Origin: Haplodiscus bocki
Taxonomy: Eukaryota
Length of the DNA stretch: 64,000 nt
Assembly (NCBI GenBank): GCA_965655095.1
Contig: OZ296653.1
Span: 40,176,001 to 40,240,000 of the forward strand
Direction of reading: 5' to 3'
Part shown: positions 24,601 to 39,600 of the stretch, piece after piece
Position numbering within the stretch: the stretch's first letter is position 1
Layout: each line of letters begins with the position of its first letter
Made by a program: the position numbers and the translations under genes
Notes under the pieces: generated by a model
Told to the model about the DNA's origin: nothing
Database searches by the model: none
What the model saw: the letters and a program-made list of their open reading frames with translations, nothing else

Positions 24601-27600
24601 GAATTTTCAATTTCTTCAAGTTGAATTATGCAGGCCGGCTGGTTGGTAGATTGCTGACTGACAATATTCAAATTGGCCATTTCTCGTCTTTTCTTCAAAG
24701 GACTTCCTTTCAAAACTGCCATTTCGGTCAGCAAAGACTGAGCTTCAATCACAGACTGATAAACGCGCAGACAATTGCCATCAAATGCCACGAAACATAC
24801 ACTAGGGGATTTAGAGACAGGACCCAGAGTATTATTTGGAAGTAATGTTGGCACCCAACAGGTGTTACAAAATGCGGAAATCTCCGGACTTTGTACTCTT
24901 GCCAGTTCTAAAAGACCTCCAGAGTGGTTCGACAAAGGGCCCACTGGGTCTAGTCTCCAGAGAATTAGTTCACTGCATAAGCCATGAGGAGCCGAAAGGT
25001 CTTCTGTGATTACTCCTGGTCTTTCCATGTCTGGTTCTTCCAAGTTACTTTCCAGCACTGACATTTGTGAAGTCAGTCTTTTTGTTGGCCCGGCTTTAAC
25101 ATTTGTAATTTTCATTTTTGGAACATTGTGATGAGAAACTGTGAGAAGAAGAGGCAATGAAGGGTGGTTTTTGACGTCAATCATTTGAAACCTGTGGCCA
25201 GAGACTCGACATTGGTGCGAAACTGTCTGAAGGGAATTGTATTTACTCAGAGCGTCGAAAGTTACTTCCCATTGGTTCAAAGACCCATCACTGTGTTTCG
25301 AAAGAACAATCACGTTTGGTGCAAAAAGCCCACTTGCGTAGTTTTTATTGGTCAAAATGAACGGGTTGCTCATTTGATGCTCAAACTTTAACTTAAGAAA
25401 CTTTTCAATGTCGTTGGATAAGATATTTCTATACATTAGAAGTTTATTAGAACAGGAAATAGCATCTGATGCTGGAAATGCGTTCGGGATCCGGGAAGCG
25501 AAAGATATTTGAGGGTGTTTGTATCTTCCCTTCCAGTGCTCGTCCAAAGATTCTATCTTCCACACCAGAAGTGACCCATCTAGCGGGTGAATGGCAAAAA
25601 CAACGTCATTACTATTATTCCATTCTTTCAGCCAATGGGGCATAGACTTTCGCAACACTTCAGAAAACCCGTCAATAGAATCGGGAGCCACCTCTAGAGA
25701 TCTCGCGTGTAGCTTTTGATGCAGATTTTCTTTAACTTCTTCCACTGAAACAATATCTCATCGAAGAAAATACTTAGCCAATTGGATTGCTTCTTTCAAT
25801 CGATTGAATCAATTATGTCAATTGAAACCGACTAAAAAAATTGACCACCCGTCTTCCAATATAAACGGTTAGTATAACTACAAGAGCTAAGTGCAATTTT
25901 CGCTTAACCACAACCACAAACAAACGCATGAAATGTGTTCACATTAGGCATGATTTCGTGTCAAAAATTTCTGCAGCAACAGAAAGAATTTTATCTTGTG
26001 AATACTTAGCTAGCGAATCAATCTGATCGAATGGTATAAAGGTCATGATCAAATAATACTGCTTAATACAGTACTGATTTTGTATAACTGGACTGCGCTC
26101 GAAACTTGATTTTCTCAGTTAATCAGGTCTTTCATGAATACCGAGGGCATGCTATTGAACTTTTGGTGAAACAAGGTTCGGTACTAAAAAAATCCTGGAA
26201 ACTGAGCAGGGTGAGCTCTCTTCGCTCGGGCAACTTGTATCCAGTGAACTCAAAAAAAGCGTGAACGTTTCATCCAAGCAATTTCCCAAATTACCTCTAT
26301 TTTTCCCCGATTCAGTTAAGTTCAGATGCTTTAGGCTTATACCACCATATTCCAGACACAGAGCTGGAGCTGAGCTTCTCTTACACTTGCGTGAAGTGGA
26401 AAACTGGATCAACTAATTGCCCATCAAAAACCGCTCAATTGATTTTTGAAGGCCTCGTTATTTACCAGGTAAAAGTTTCTAATAAGAAAAGATATGGAAA
26501 CCAGAGACTTCCAATTGTAATCCTTCTAATACGGATTCATGCTAACCATCGGGTGGCTGCAAAGCAACCCTTAGACGACGAGAACACTCTTCAAAAGACA
26601 ACTAAATTAAAAATTTCGAACTTGACGATACAAATACTATGAAAAAGTATAGGACGGGCCATCCAGGATACTTCGCAAACATTTCTGGCGCTGCTTTATG
26701 GAGGAGCATTACAAGGCCGTAATCCGCACGACAGTCTTCCCCCCCAAAAAAACTTGCCAAGTCAAAAAAAAGAATCAAATTTGATTGCAAACTAAAGATA
26801 CTAGCAAAGGCATTTCGCGCGGAAAGAGCAACATGGGGCATCACTGCTACTCTAAAGAATCTCCTAAATGGGGGGTTTTGATTAAACACTGAATGCAGTA
26901 CAACTCCGCCTCTGAGAAAACCGACATCGAAGAGATCCCAGTAAAACCTTCCAACTTGAACCTATCAGTCAAGATAATTCGCGTCAAATCAATGAAACGG
27001 GACGTCCATGCCTACTCGCACTTTCCGTACATAATGTATTTATAACCACTAATTGACCGCAACGCAACACCTAGTCGAGAAAAAAGGAAAGAAGCAAATG
27101 AGAAAATTTAGACAACAAAACATATCGACAATATCAAGATATCTCTCAGTAAAATTATGAAATTGGATATCCCTGCTTCTTCGTCAATTTTCTAAATAAC
27201 GGGCTTGCAAAAGAGCACTTGACAGCCGTAATACAACCGGTAGACATTGAAAAAATACATTGAAAAAAAGACTTCAGCAAAAAAAAATGAACTAAAAACG
27301 AGTAGGAGAACTTCATGTGGAAAAAAATGAAGAGGGGCGAGTTTGCGTTTTCCAATAAAATCTATCGAGCAGACTTTTGACAGAGCACTGGATGCCCACT
27401 TTCGACACGAAGTGATTGAGACAACAACTTCAGACGAAAATATTTTTCATAAAGACTAGCCCATTAGTAACTTTTCTGGATTAAAAACAGGACAGAAAAA
27501 AAACGTTTTCGACACATTACTGCCTTTATTAGGACCTTTAATCAGCAGTTGATGAATGCAATCTAGTGAATGCAAAAAAATTACTAGGCAAAGAATTCAG

Positions 27601-30600
27601 AAAAGATTTCACAGTCAAACATCAGCAAGTATTGCACATATGTAACGTTATTATCTCTGCTTGATAGATCACTACTGACGGGTTTATTTGCTTTTCAATG
27701 GCACGACCCCGCAGCGAGCTGAGAAAACCAGCAAAGACAATAGCCCTCCAAATTTTCAATAGCGTATTGTTGAACAATGGTAGCAAGTTTCGAACTGACC
27801 AAAAAGCTTTCCTGAAGATCCTAGTGCATAACACTTGCTTGACGCAAGCGTAAGACACATGCGAAGCTGTGTTCCGCAGACTTCCGCGAAAGTGAGATAC
27901 TGAATCGACTGCATTGCCCACCAACGAAAACTGTAATTTAGCAAAGTTTTCAATGAAGAACAAGAAATGGAAAACGCAGCTGTTTAATACCAATCCCACA
28001 CTATCGTACCAGAAGCGTCGAGCAGTGCGATAGAAAAAAAAACAACCTTTAGTCGGCAAGCAATCATTTGAAAAGACAACATAATCTCAAGTTCTAACTG
28101 AAAGTCAAGATTTCTCTATAAAAGTAAGTAGCACGAGATAAGTCCAAGATTTCCGTCAGACAATTTGGCAATCTTCAATGATACTGCCGATCCTTCTCCT
28201 GTTTTACTTTTGCAGCACCGTAGATCTGGAACTGGAATTCAGCGTGGAACTGCATCTGGATGATCTACAGCTGGGTTTGGTGGATGACGTGAAAGGATCG
28301 CAGAGGGTGGTTTGTAGGGAGTACAAGCGGGCCTCTTACCTCGAAAAAGCACTCTGTATTGCATGATAGAAATGTTCCCTTCCTGTCACCAACCTATACA
28401 CTTGCTTTTCCGCTCTTTAGTGTTTCATAATTATGAAGAGAGAAGGCTATTTTGGCTGAGCGGACAAGGACTCCTGATGCTTGGGTCACAATCCTTTCGG
28501 TTAGTTAGGACCAAACCTTTCAATTATCGAATTATTACTCTTCTGAGCTGGTGTCTTATGGGCTCAGTTGTATTTTATATCACAGTAAACATTGTGAAAA
28601 ATTAATTTAAATGTTCTAAATTTTAAATTTCATAAGTAAATAGTTGAAATGTCATAAATGAAAGGTTTACAAGTTTAATATCTGAGTTCAAGTTCATTTG
28701 TCTCCAACTAAGACAATGTTTCAGTACATGACATTTTGTCCCTTCAAACACTTCCGGCTTGTTCAAGAGGGTATCATAGCGTTGGAGGAATCCGGTGTAA
28801 CTGTTGAATTGAAATGACTGAAACGCCCAAATTGAGTTGATGGAAAGACAGGATGAACTCAAAGAATTTCAAAAAGTAGTTAGATACCCAAAAAAATTGA
28901 AAAATTGAAAAGGCCAGCACGAATATCCCAGTGCCCAATTCTGTCACGTGATATTGTTGTGACGTCGGCGTTTTTTTTCAGTCCTAAATTGTTGTTTGCG
29001 TCTTGTGTTGTATTTTAGCCAGAAATGTACTACAATTTTAGTTTACACTTGAAAAATTTAGATTGAAATCAGTTTTGGTAATGTATGATCAAATAAAGGA
29101 GACGTGGAGTCAATCAAGCGTTTGTGGTTGCATATTCAGTTCCCGGAATGCCTTGAATTGATTCAATAATCTGATGATCAAAAAATTGACGTTTGACTAT
29201 GTCAATAGTGTCAGCATCTGCAGGGGTGACTCCAGAGGGAGAATCTGCTATGACTGAATGAGCCATAGCAGTATCTGATTCCTTTCAGGTTGAAGCATCC
29301 GGTTGGAAAAAAACGAAAATGTCCCAATTCATGTTCGAAAGCAAGTAATCAACAAGGTGTTCCTCCGAAACATGAACAATTGGCTTAACGACTATCTTTT
29401 TATTAGCAACTTTTACTACATTTGGAAACAGTCATTCAGCAAGGTGGTAATTACGATAAACAAACATGAAAAACAAATGTTATACTGTCGAAACCACAAA
29501 AACAATAACAGTCGGAAGGCCTGAAATTTGAAGGGGACAAGTGGTTGAATTCGCGAGTGAGCGAGGGTTTCAAAAGTTTCATATCACTCGCTAAAGGACG
29601 TGCTATATCTAAAAGTTGGTTGATGTCACGGAGTCTCGGACTAGGTGGCAGTTCTATTCGGACTTCTTTCAAAAGCTTCAATCTTGCTTCTGCTTTCGAT
29701 TCATAAAGAGGTAACTCGTCTAAACGGGGGACTTATGCAATAAGTGATGCCAGCGGTTGAGGCAACGAAACAAGCAAATTTATTGCAGGACTTTGAGAGC
29801 AACTGGCTAGATCAGATCTTATTTTGATGTTCTTTGTCATGATTTGCAATATTAAATAGTGGCCTTTCAGGTCTTGACTGTTTCATCAATCAGAAGAGAA
29901 GGCTACTATGGCTGAGCGGACAAGAGTTCCAGATGCTTGGGTCACAATCCTCTCGGTTAGTTACGACCAAACCTTTCGTTTATTAAACTATTACTCTTCT
30001 GAGCTGGTTTCTTTTCAGCTCAGTTTTATATCACCATAAACAATGTGAACGAACAATTTGAAAGTTGAATGTTTTAAAATTCATTAGCAAATTGTTTAAA
30101 TGCAATAAATTGTTCAAGTGTCAGGGAATTCTGAGTTCAAGATTCGAGCTTATCTGTCCTCAACTAAGGAAATGTTTCATTACATTACATGCATCAAAAA
30201 TATCAGAAGTACCGTCTAAGCTACTCCGCGAAGTCTGCCGTGAGTTGTTAAATGAGCACAGGAAAATCCATATCGAAGTAAAAGTCTATCTTAACAAACG
30301 AGAAAAAAATCTGACTTTTTCAATTAAAAGTCAAGATATTTGGCAAAAATGCACCATCTATGCTACTCTGCTTAACCTCTAGAACACCAGTAGTTGAATC
30401 AGCGCTGGATGGACCAAATTCGTCGTAGAACAGCAGTTTTGACGAACAACGCAATCAAATAGCTACTAACTTTTCCATTGAAGAATCTGATATATCGCTA
30501 GAAACACTCAAATCGCGTAACAAAGCAACCATTGTTGAACAATCTTAAGAACACAACTGTATAGGTAGTCAAGAGAAGAGATGGCTTCACATAGCCGTAA

Positions 30601-33600
30601 AGAAAAATTCAATTTTTCGAGAAACGCAGCTGCAATCTGTTTATAATTACACGAGTAACGTTTGTCAGCCTACAGGAACAGATACCACAACGTTTCGGGA
30701 GGGGGGCAACAGGGGTTGCGGGTTCGAGCCGCAAACGATACAAAACATTTCCGAACGTTAGAGTCTCGGCAGAGAAGCGAACCTAACAACCATCAGAAAT
30801 AAAATGATAACTGTTCCTTCGATCAAGAAACACTAGCCTCCTTCGGGACGCAAGTGTAAAGCAGAAGAGGTCATGTGTGCTTTGGAAAAATGGTAAAACA
30901 AATCGTTGCAGTTTTCTAAGAATTCAGAAGGGGCCGGAGCAACGAAAACTTTTGAAAAACCGACTTTCAAAGCCGGCTTTGACTTTGAAGGACCGAAAGA
31001 CCAAAAGTGCAAAGTAGATCTTTGGAAGAAATTCACAAAGTTCTGCGAAAGTTTCCAAAAATCAAAGCTTTGTAAACAAGTTGGGTTTGTAGACACAAAT
31101 AAATTGGGCGGCAAAACAGCGAAAAAAACCGCGAAGATCGCGAATTTTGCCGGCTAAAAATGCTATTAACAATCACTTTTGAGCAAATATGCCACATTTT
31201 ATGATGGTTTAAAAAAGTGTCCCCGCATTTGTTTTTCTTGCATTTGCAGCTAAAAAGCAGATTTAAAAAGCAGAAGACCAAAAATTCCTTTAATACATAT
31301 ACAAAAAGAGCTACTTCTCATTCGCTTCAAATCACGAAAGGAGAAAGTGCTGGAAAAATGAAAATTGTTAGTTCTTGCCAACGTTATAGCATAAAACTAT
31401 CAAACTTTGCGGAATTTCCTCAAAATTTAACCTTTCATTTTGTCGATTAGAAAAACACTGAAATTTTTGTTTTTCCCAAATACGCTCAAAAACTAGCAAA
31501 GAAGTAACTTCGTCATCAATTCCGTCGAATGTTTTGAGAAAAGTAGCGTTCGTAAAGAAAACAGCCAAAACTCGTCAAGAAAGCAAAATTTGTTTTTGAA
31601 GGTCACAATTCTAGTTTAGCTTCGAGAATGAAACCACAGTATAAACTTTCAGTACTACTTTGGAATTATTTCGAGAACGTTGATCAGCTGAAGGAAATTT
31701 CAATTCAGAAATAGCTTCCAGGCAGAAAAGAGATATTGAAAAACTACCCACTTTTCAAAGAAAAACATTCCAAAGTTACGCAAAACGGAATTATCAAAAG
31801 CGAAAAAAACTCAGGGGGAATCTAACTCGGTTAGTTGCAGTAACCGAACGCACATGACCTTCGCTACTAACAACTACGTCAAAAGATATGTGATTTACGA
31901 GTTAAAGCGAAGTTCATCCAACTACGCTACGCATAGTGTGCGAGTTACGAACGGTACACAAAAAAATTCCTCGAGCGTAATGAACTGGCTGTTTGCCAGC
32001 TTAAACAGAGGAGGATACCTGGCGACCTCAAAAAACTCGCGGCAGAAAAACTAGGAAAATTGTAGATTACCTTGGTTTCCAGTTTATCGTTGGGTAAATG
32101 TTCAGAAAAGGCACTGTTCACTAGTTTCCTTCGGTACTATCTAAAAATGGCCTCAAGAGATACAGATACAGATATTCGGCTCTCCTCAACATTCAGGAAA
32201 TTTATCAGAATTAGGTTAAAAAATTGTCGAACACAGTAATCAAATGTGCCGAAAGTATCGATATCGTCTTACAAGATTGCAAAAGCGTTCAGAATCATCG
32301 CTGGGTTTGTCATTGTTGTGCAACATATCTGCTACGCCACAAAGTTCCTCTGATGTCAACTTCGAATGGCTTGCAGTATCCTGCGTAACCGATATTTCCC
32401 GAAAAGCCAGTCGAATGAGTCGCCTTTTGGTCTCACCTAGAATAGGATTCAAGAGACTCGTTTCAAAACCAAAAAGTGGGCAACGGGGTCGAATTAGGGG
32501 CGCAGTTAATGTTCCTAATCCTGTGATTGAACTACATAAGACTCTTCCACGTTGTCGAATTAACAAGCATTCAATTCCAGATCAATTGTTTCGTCATTAG
32601 TTTCAAGCAAAGCCCTATTTCGAGCAGATGTCCTCAATGGCCGATGGTATCAACATGGCAGAGCTCCTCTGTAAAACGCCGTTTTTCATTGATTATGGAA
32701 TCACGTTCATATTTTGCCATTCATATTTTGCCACGTCAAATGTTGTCAGATATTGTCAAATGGAAATATAGAGTGACGCTTCTGATACCTCTGCCGAAGA
32801 TACAGATCAAGAGCTTAACATGCTGACATTCGTTTCTTGTGAAACTCCACTTAATTCCTTAACGTGTTTTCCCGTTGCTCCAACAGGAATTCGAAAACAG
32901 TTGCCATTTTCTAATGATGTGAAGACCGAGGAACTAACCTGCTTTTTTAACCGAGCTTTATTGCGGGGAAGGTCCAGTTCCTAACGAAGAATGAAGAGTA
33001 CCAGTCAGTTATTCTGATATTGTGAAAGAAGAACTAAGGTCGAGTGATTGATGATGGGCTTCTCATGAAAAGAACAGGTTCTGGAAAGCTACCAGGTTAA
33101 AATTTTCTTCCCTGTTCGAAATTAAATGCATAGTGACCAGAAAACGAATCCCTAAAATAACTGCCAAACATTTATCGGAAAATTCAATCAGCTTTCTTGT
33201 CAAGCCTGACAAAGCATACGCCTTCACAAGTAGCGTCCAAATTTCACCCAAACTTTTCAAGAATTTACAAAACGAGTTTTTCGCTATGGTCAGGACGTTA
33301 CGACCATATATTTTTCATGAATCCATTTGGATGAATACTTTTTGCATGAGTGGATCCCGACGGCCTGATTTGTGGCGTGTGATTTATCAAAGGAAGTATC
33401 CGAAAAGTACTAGTCCTAGAGATGCTGAACTCGCGAAACTACGTGACCGGAACAGATCCTGTCGGGATTGTACGACACTACCGCAGAGACAGAGAACTAC
33501 GCTTCGTTCAGCAAAAACTTTTAAAGTAATCTGAGTCCCATTGGCAAAGTCATGGACTATAAATGCCGAGACCAAGATCAAAAGCGCCTACTTGCGGAAA

Positions 33601-36600
33601 ACATCCCGACGATTCTATCGAAAAATTTAATGACAGAGCTCTTCGCTGCGATTTGATCCTGCCGGCATTCCTAATTGAGAATTGACTGACAGCGATAGAA
33701 AATTGCATTTAGCTTAACTTCATAAATATTCCAAAGAGACCAAGAAAACCTATGTTTCCAGTGTAGATTTTCCTCAGCCACCTTCACCAAAAATATTATC
33801 AAAACCAATTCCGAGCGATTTTTGTCCAGAAGAACGTGCTCGCATTTTTGCTAGTGCATGACAGTGTATTCATTCTTGAATGACGTTTAAAAGCTACCTC
33901 CCGGTGACCAGTGCACTTCAATCAAATGCTATCCATGATGGAAATAGAACATGAAGATTATTACCTTTTAGCACTAGGGTTCACACTGAAGAGAACTAGT
34001 TTTTTTTGCGAAGGAGTCCTAACTCCCAACTCATCGGACGTGAATGATTGTAATGCCCTTCTGCTTTTCCTTTGGCGATCCAACTTGGATATTCAGTTCA
34101 TTCTAGATTCTTACGCCGTGGCAAAGTAGATCTGCCCATACATCACAAAAGCGCAGAAAAATATGTCAAAAACACTAAAACTAGCATCAGATAAACCCAA
34201 AACAGGCCTCTTAGACAAATCAGAACAGCTGAAACAAATAGTCCGTGCATTTATCAAACACGAAGAAATTGGTGCCAAATAGCTGCCCTACTTCTATTGC
34301 TTCCCTATCCCCTTTGTTTACTTTTTAGGGGATACCCTCAATGAAGTAGTGTGATTTTCGATCTCAACTGACAGTTCACCTCGTGTACACTGCATTAAGT
34401 AGTGTGCCGACTCCAGAATTTTTTCATATTTGAAGAACTGAACGAAAGAAATCTCTGTTCATCCTACAGTTAGTTTTTCAAATAATGAAACTTCCATAAG
34501 ACTATCCCATGGTACCACAATAGGGCTCAGTCACTTTTAATTTTTAGATTTTGGATTTCACGACTACGATGTCTCGCATTTGGTACTTTTTCGGCATGTT
34601 GTTCTGATTCCAAAAAGTCCGGAGCTTCAAGAATAACCACCGTCTGGCAACCCGACTGCCTTGTTTCGATACTGCAACTTTCTCTTTTCTGTGAGAAATG
34701 GCTCCTTCATGCAGATAATAATGAGCAGTTTTTGTTGTCGACTGGTTGATTTTTGACTTTCCTGAGAAAAATAATCGAAGAGCACGAGCTGGGTTTACCA
34801 ACCGCCTCTTACTCTGCAATCACAAATATGCAACAACGTACAAATAGTGTCGCTCGTTTTCGAAATCATTTCTTATTTATTCACAAGTGATCGTCCGAAA
34901 CCACAATGTCACAATTCAAGCATGCCTTTTCATCATTTCTTCTAGACAACTCGAGAAACATCGTCGTTGGAGGCTTCAATGTCGATATTTTTGATCAGAA
35001 AAATTCATTTTGAAACTTCATGGAAGAACAAATTCAACTTATAGGCATATTGAATGGGGAACCAGAAAAAAAAACCTTTTTTAAGCGAGCGCAGCGAAAG
35101 CGAAACCTCTTTAGACACCAGCTTTGGGAAATTCAGAGGCTTTTTTTTCATTCTTTCCCTTCCAATTTGAAATTTTTTTATTCAAAGCTGAATATCTCTT
35201 CACCTATTTAAAGTACCTTTTCCTGAATTCTGCAGAAACGTTACAAGACTCTATTTCTGCGAAAGAAACTTGGAAACAGAGCTAATTTTGGCAAGTCTCA
35301 AGATTGGTCAGACAAGAAGTCGTTCATTTCCACATGTAGGGCACACAATCGCCGAAATTTTGCAAGGGTTAACGACGAGACTCTTTTATTACATACTGAA
35401 ATTTGGTTGCCGTCCAACAATTTTGTGATAGGTTTTTTCTGAAAAGAACTTGGAACCCGAACTAATTTTGGCTAAATTTGTGATATAAGAAGTCGATCAT
35501 TTCGGCACAGAGGGCTCCAAATCTCCTGAATTTTGCTCAGGCTTGATGAAGAGACGTTGTTCTATTGGATACTAAATTTTAATTGCGGTCTCACTATTTT
35601 TCCATAAAATATTTTCCCAAAGAAGCTCGAAATCCTACGCTGGAAACGACTTGGTGAACAGTGGAATTAATTCCATCATTGAAGACTAATTCTCTCGAAA
35701 TAGTGTTTAGTTTCCATCTATAAATTTTCTGGGAGCCGCGCACGTAAGTTGAAGCTCTCCAGTTTTTAAACTAGTGCCCTTCAATAAAAATAGCGGTGAC
35801 GAAACCGCGAGCCTAGCCTTCAAGTGCTTACTGCCTGTGTTTTTACTAGCGCACTTTCGCCGCTACTATGAGATCCATGTGGTTCCTCCTCTATTCCCAC
35901 GAAGCTTTTTTGAGGCTGAAAAATACTTCCAAACTATCCAAAATGTCCTACGAAACTCCTTATGTCGGAAGAATCCTATATAAAATGGAGCTGGTGAACC
36001 GTATCTCGGCTTCTCAAAACTCTCATAATTCAATTGACGTCATTGCCGAAAGAACGAAGCCCAGCAAGTGAAAATAGCGACGAGCAATAAAAAGCGAGTA
36101 GATGCAACTCAGTTATTGGGTTTTGGTTATGGGGTCATTATGATCATGCCGAATGAAGAAAGCGAGTGAGCTCGTCAAGTCGCCCGCTACATTCACTAGC
36201 CTCGTTTATTTATTAAGCGTGATAATATCGAATTCCAAGCCGACAAAAATGTGAACGGATCTTTAAAAAGTCTTGGACAGATTGACAACTTCATCTGCCG
36301 ATCTGACAGTAGGGTTTGCTAGTTCGCAAAATGTCGCACGAAAAAACGCAAAAAAGTACGGGAACCAAAAACCGAATAACCATAAGTAATTCGTTAATTG
36401 AGATTTTCCGAAGTTCTAAAAACAGAGAACCTTATTTACTCAAAAACACTTTTAATAAAATGAAAATGCACAATACAGAAATATCTAGAACTAAAATAAA
36501 CTACAAATTTCGCCATAGAGATGATAAAGTGCATCTAATATGAAGTTTTCAAATTAATTCATAAGAAATTGCCATGTTTTGTATTCACATGAATTGAGCT

Positions 36601-39600
36601 ACCGATTCATTTTTTTTCGAAAGCAAGAACGCCTGAGAAGTCACAAAAAACTCCGAAAGCAGTCAACCTAAAGAAACGCTCCTAAGTCATTCAACAGAAA
36701 CATGTACGATTTCATTAACTTTGTTTGCCAAAATTTTGATTCACGATGACGTAAATTTGACCCGGCACCAAAGAAATTCAGATTACGCTATGGGTAAAGA
36801 TCGTGAAGTCAATCGGATACATTCATCAGCATTCAAAGTTTTTTCAATTTAGAACACAAACAGGCTCGTTGGCTTTGAGCTCAAAATGATCAGATTCCCG
36901 CGTTACCTGATTTAAGAATGTTGATGGCTAACGTCCGAAAGACAGTCAAGGCCAAATCTGAATATAAATCAAAATTAGGTAACTAGTTCACAAATTTGTT
37001 GTACCACAGCGTTGATGGGATCTTGGTAATCTTCGAACTCGGAAAATCTCGAAATTTTCCAACTACACTGAAAGAAAAAGTAGAATATATGCAAAAATCA
37101 GGTCATACCTATTTCAATTCATTGAAAATAATTATTAATTTTCGGAAATGCCCAATTCAGTCATGAAGACAAAGAATTGATGATGACAGCTGATTGAAGA
37201 ATCTACGGAATTGTCAAACTAACCTACAGCCGTATCGAACCCTAAACTAGTATCGTGTTCACTAGTTTCATTTTCTTTCTCAGATGTATCCTCTCTTGAG
37301 GCGGGCTCCTTCCGCGGGTTCGAATCTGGGCATTCTCGCGGCGGGGTTTGGGAACTAATACGACTAAGCTTCTGCCTCAAGTGACGGAAAATAATTTCTG
37401 CTTGCAGATTGAAGTGAAAGTATTTGTTATTGAGCCAATGCACAACAAATTGTGTTGAGTCAGGAATAGTTCCGTTCAAAATTGAGCCAACTGAGGTAGG
37501 AATGTCTGAAAAAGTCATAGCCACTTTTCATATTTTTAGTTGATCGGTGAAAGACTAATACTGTGAATTGACTAATTATATTCACATCAAGTAACACAGA
37601 GGCCAAAGTGTGCTTCGCAACAATTCTGCCAACGTAATACTAGTAAACAAATCAAACAAGTATAACTGATTCTCAAAGGTACCACGGTACTACAAAAACT
37701 ACTGATTAAACATTTTTTTTTGAGAACTGAACATTTTGAAGCTTTGAATGAGCCCATTGTAAGATTTCAGTATGGTCACTCTTATTGATGCAGTGGCTTA
37801 TTCAAATTGCTCCGTTTTCTTATCTTCCAATTCACTGAAATTTTCGATGTGTGCTGAACCGGTTTTGACTGTTTTGGTGATTTCATTGCACGAACCTGCT
37901 TGAGGGTTAATAACGGAGACGAGGTGGAATCTGTTCGGATTTCCATAAGCCATTTCCAGCTGTTGTCTCTCCTCTTCAGCGGTGTCATTCTCAATCTCAT
38001 CGTAACTATCACTGTCTCTGTCATCCGAATTGTTGCCAATTGTTTCCGTCGTCATCATCGAGGACCTTCCTTCCGTTATCGTGAAACCACCAGGAACAGT
38101 ACCAGTTGCTTGCCGGTCCGTGATCAAACCTTGAAAAAAATGAATTACACAAAAGCGAAGCTGTGCTTCTCATCTACTTACGACGACGGTGAGGAACGGC
38201 ATCGAGTAACTAACTACCCACCAACGAACACTGCTCGATTGATTTTTATAAAGTTTTCATATCAAATTTTACAAATATTTTCACGGAAAACAAAACTAAA
38301 ACTGTTCAAAAGCAATCCTAATATACAGGATTCAAATTAAGGATTGGATGGCCACAATCCAACCGATAGTCGCCAAGAAAATCAAATTTGGGTCAAGAAA
38401 AAAACACAAGAACCAACTTGTCGAATTAAAAAATTACAAGAGCAGTCTCACTGCCATATTTTCCGTCAAAGGGGTGTAAAAATCATTCATCGAACATACG
38501 AAATATTTTCGCAAAATTTCTGAAGAAAAAGGATGTTGTCGCTTAGACCTTGTTGGAAGAATTCCAGCCGAAAGCTTCGAAAAATATATGATGCTGAATA
38601 TCGTTTAAAAACAAAAACAATGGCACTTTTCGGCATTTTCGGCCTTGTGAAAACTCTATTGCTGATCCAAAAACCAAGGAGCAGCAATCCGTAGACTCTT
38701 ACAGAGATAAAAAGCTGTCAATCACTACCGTGATGGAAAAAGTCACGCCAACACTCAGGATTCGGAAGTTAAGAAAATTGGTGGTTTCTTTTGAAAAATT
38801 CTCAAGCAAGAGGCTGCGAAGAGACACCCTGATGAAAGACTTCAATCATGAAGTTTTGAAAGACAAGAGATTCAACATCCAGTAAAATTAAAAATTCTGG
38901 CTCCTTTTCGCATGCAGGGATCACAGAAGTGTTCTCCAGCAAAAAAAAACACGAAAATGTTCGTAATTCCTGAGTAATGGGCATAGCGAAAAAACGACAC
39001 CAAAAATCAATTACTTACAGTTTTAGTAAACTCTAAAAAATTATTCTTGAAGTTATTGAGATTTTGCTGAAAAATGTAGAAAATTTGGAAACTTCTGAAA
39101 AACAACGAGTTGTTTTAGTGAGGTAGAAAGTAACTTTGAGAAAACAGATTCATCAGAAACCCTGACGTTCATCGAAAAACTTGTCATTCTTTCGATTTTC
39201 AGAAAAAAATGGAATACAAAAATGTGAAAACGCATACAGGAAGAAGATTGTAGAGGGATTCAAAGCCGTTAGCTGTGACCTGCCTAACTGCGGTGGCACT
39301 GCACATATGTATCAAACAAAATACACATTCGACCGTGAAGTCAAGTTTTTTTTAGATTTTTTCAAAAAATGATTTAAAATGATGCATCCCGAAGTTTCAG
39401 AAGAAACTTGAAGCTCAAGCCAAGTACTCGGTAATGCTCGAAGAAGTTCCAATTTGAAAAAAAATCTGGCTCAAGAAGATCTTCGAAAACCCCAGAAAGT
39501 TGCAGTAGAAAAACGAAGATTTCCCAGAAGTTGATAAAAAGTGGAAAATGATTTTAAAAAATCAGGTGGCAGCGGGGTTGGAGCCCGGACCTTTGTTGTC

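Noticed and set aside
26152-26412. Extra DMXL exon in intron 7
   Set aside because: It has no DMXL similarity, and exons 7 and 8 already join in phase.
26000-28100. Decayed coding-like DNA in intron 7
   Set aside because: No ordered family motifs could be recognised on either strand, so it was left unassigned.
30500-31200. Possible additional LINE endonuclease relic
   Set aside because: Only faint GG.G.A and AGFDF resemblances were seen, too weak to call.
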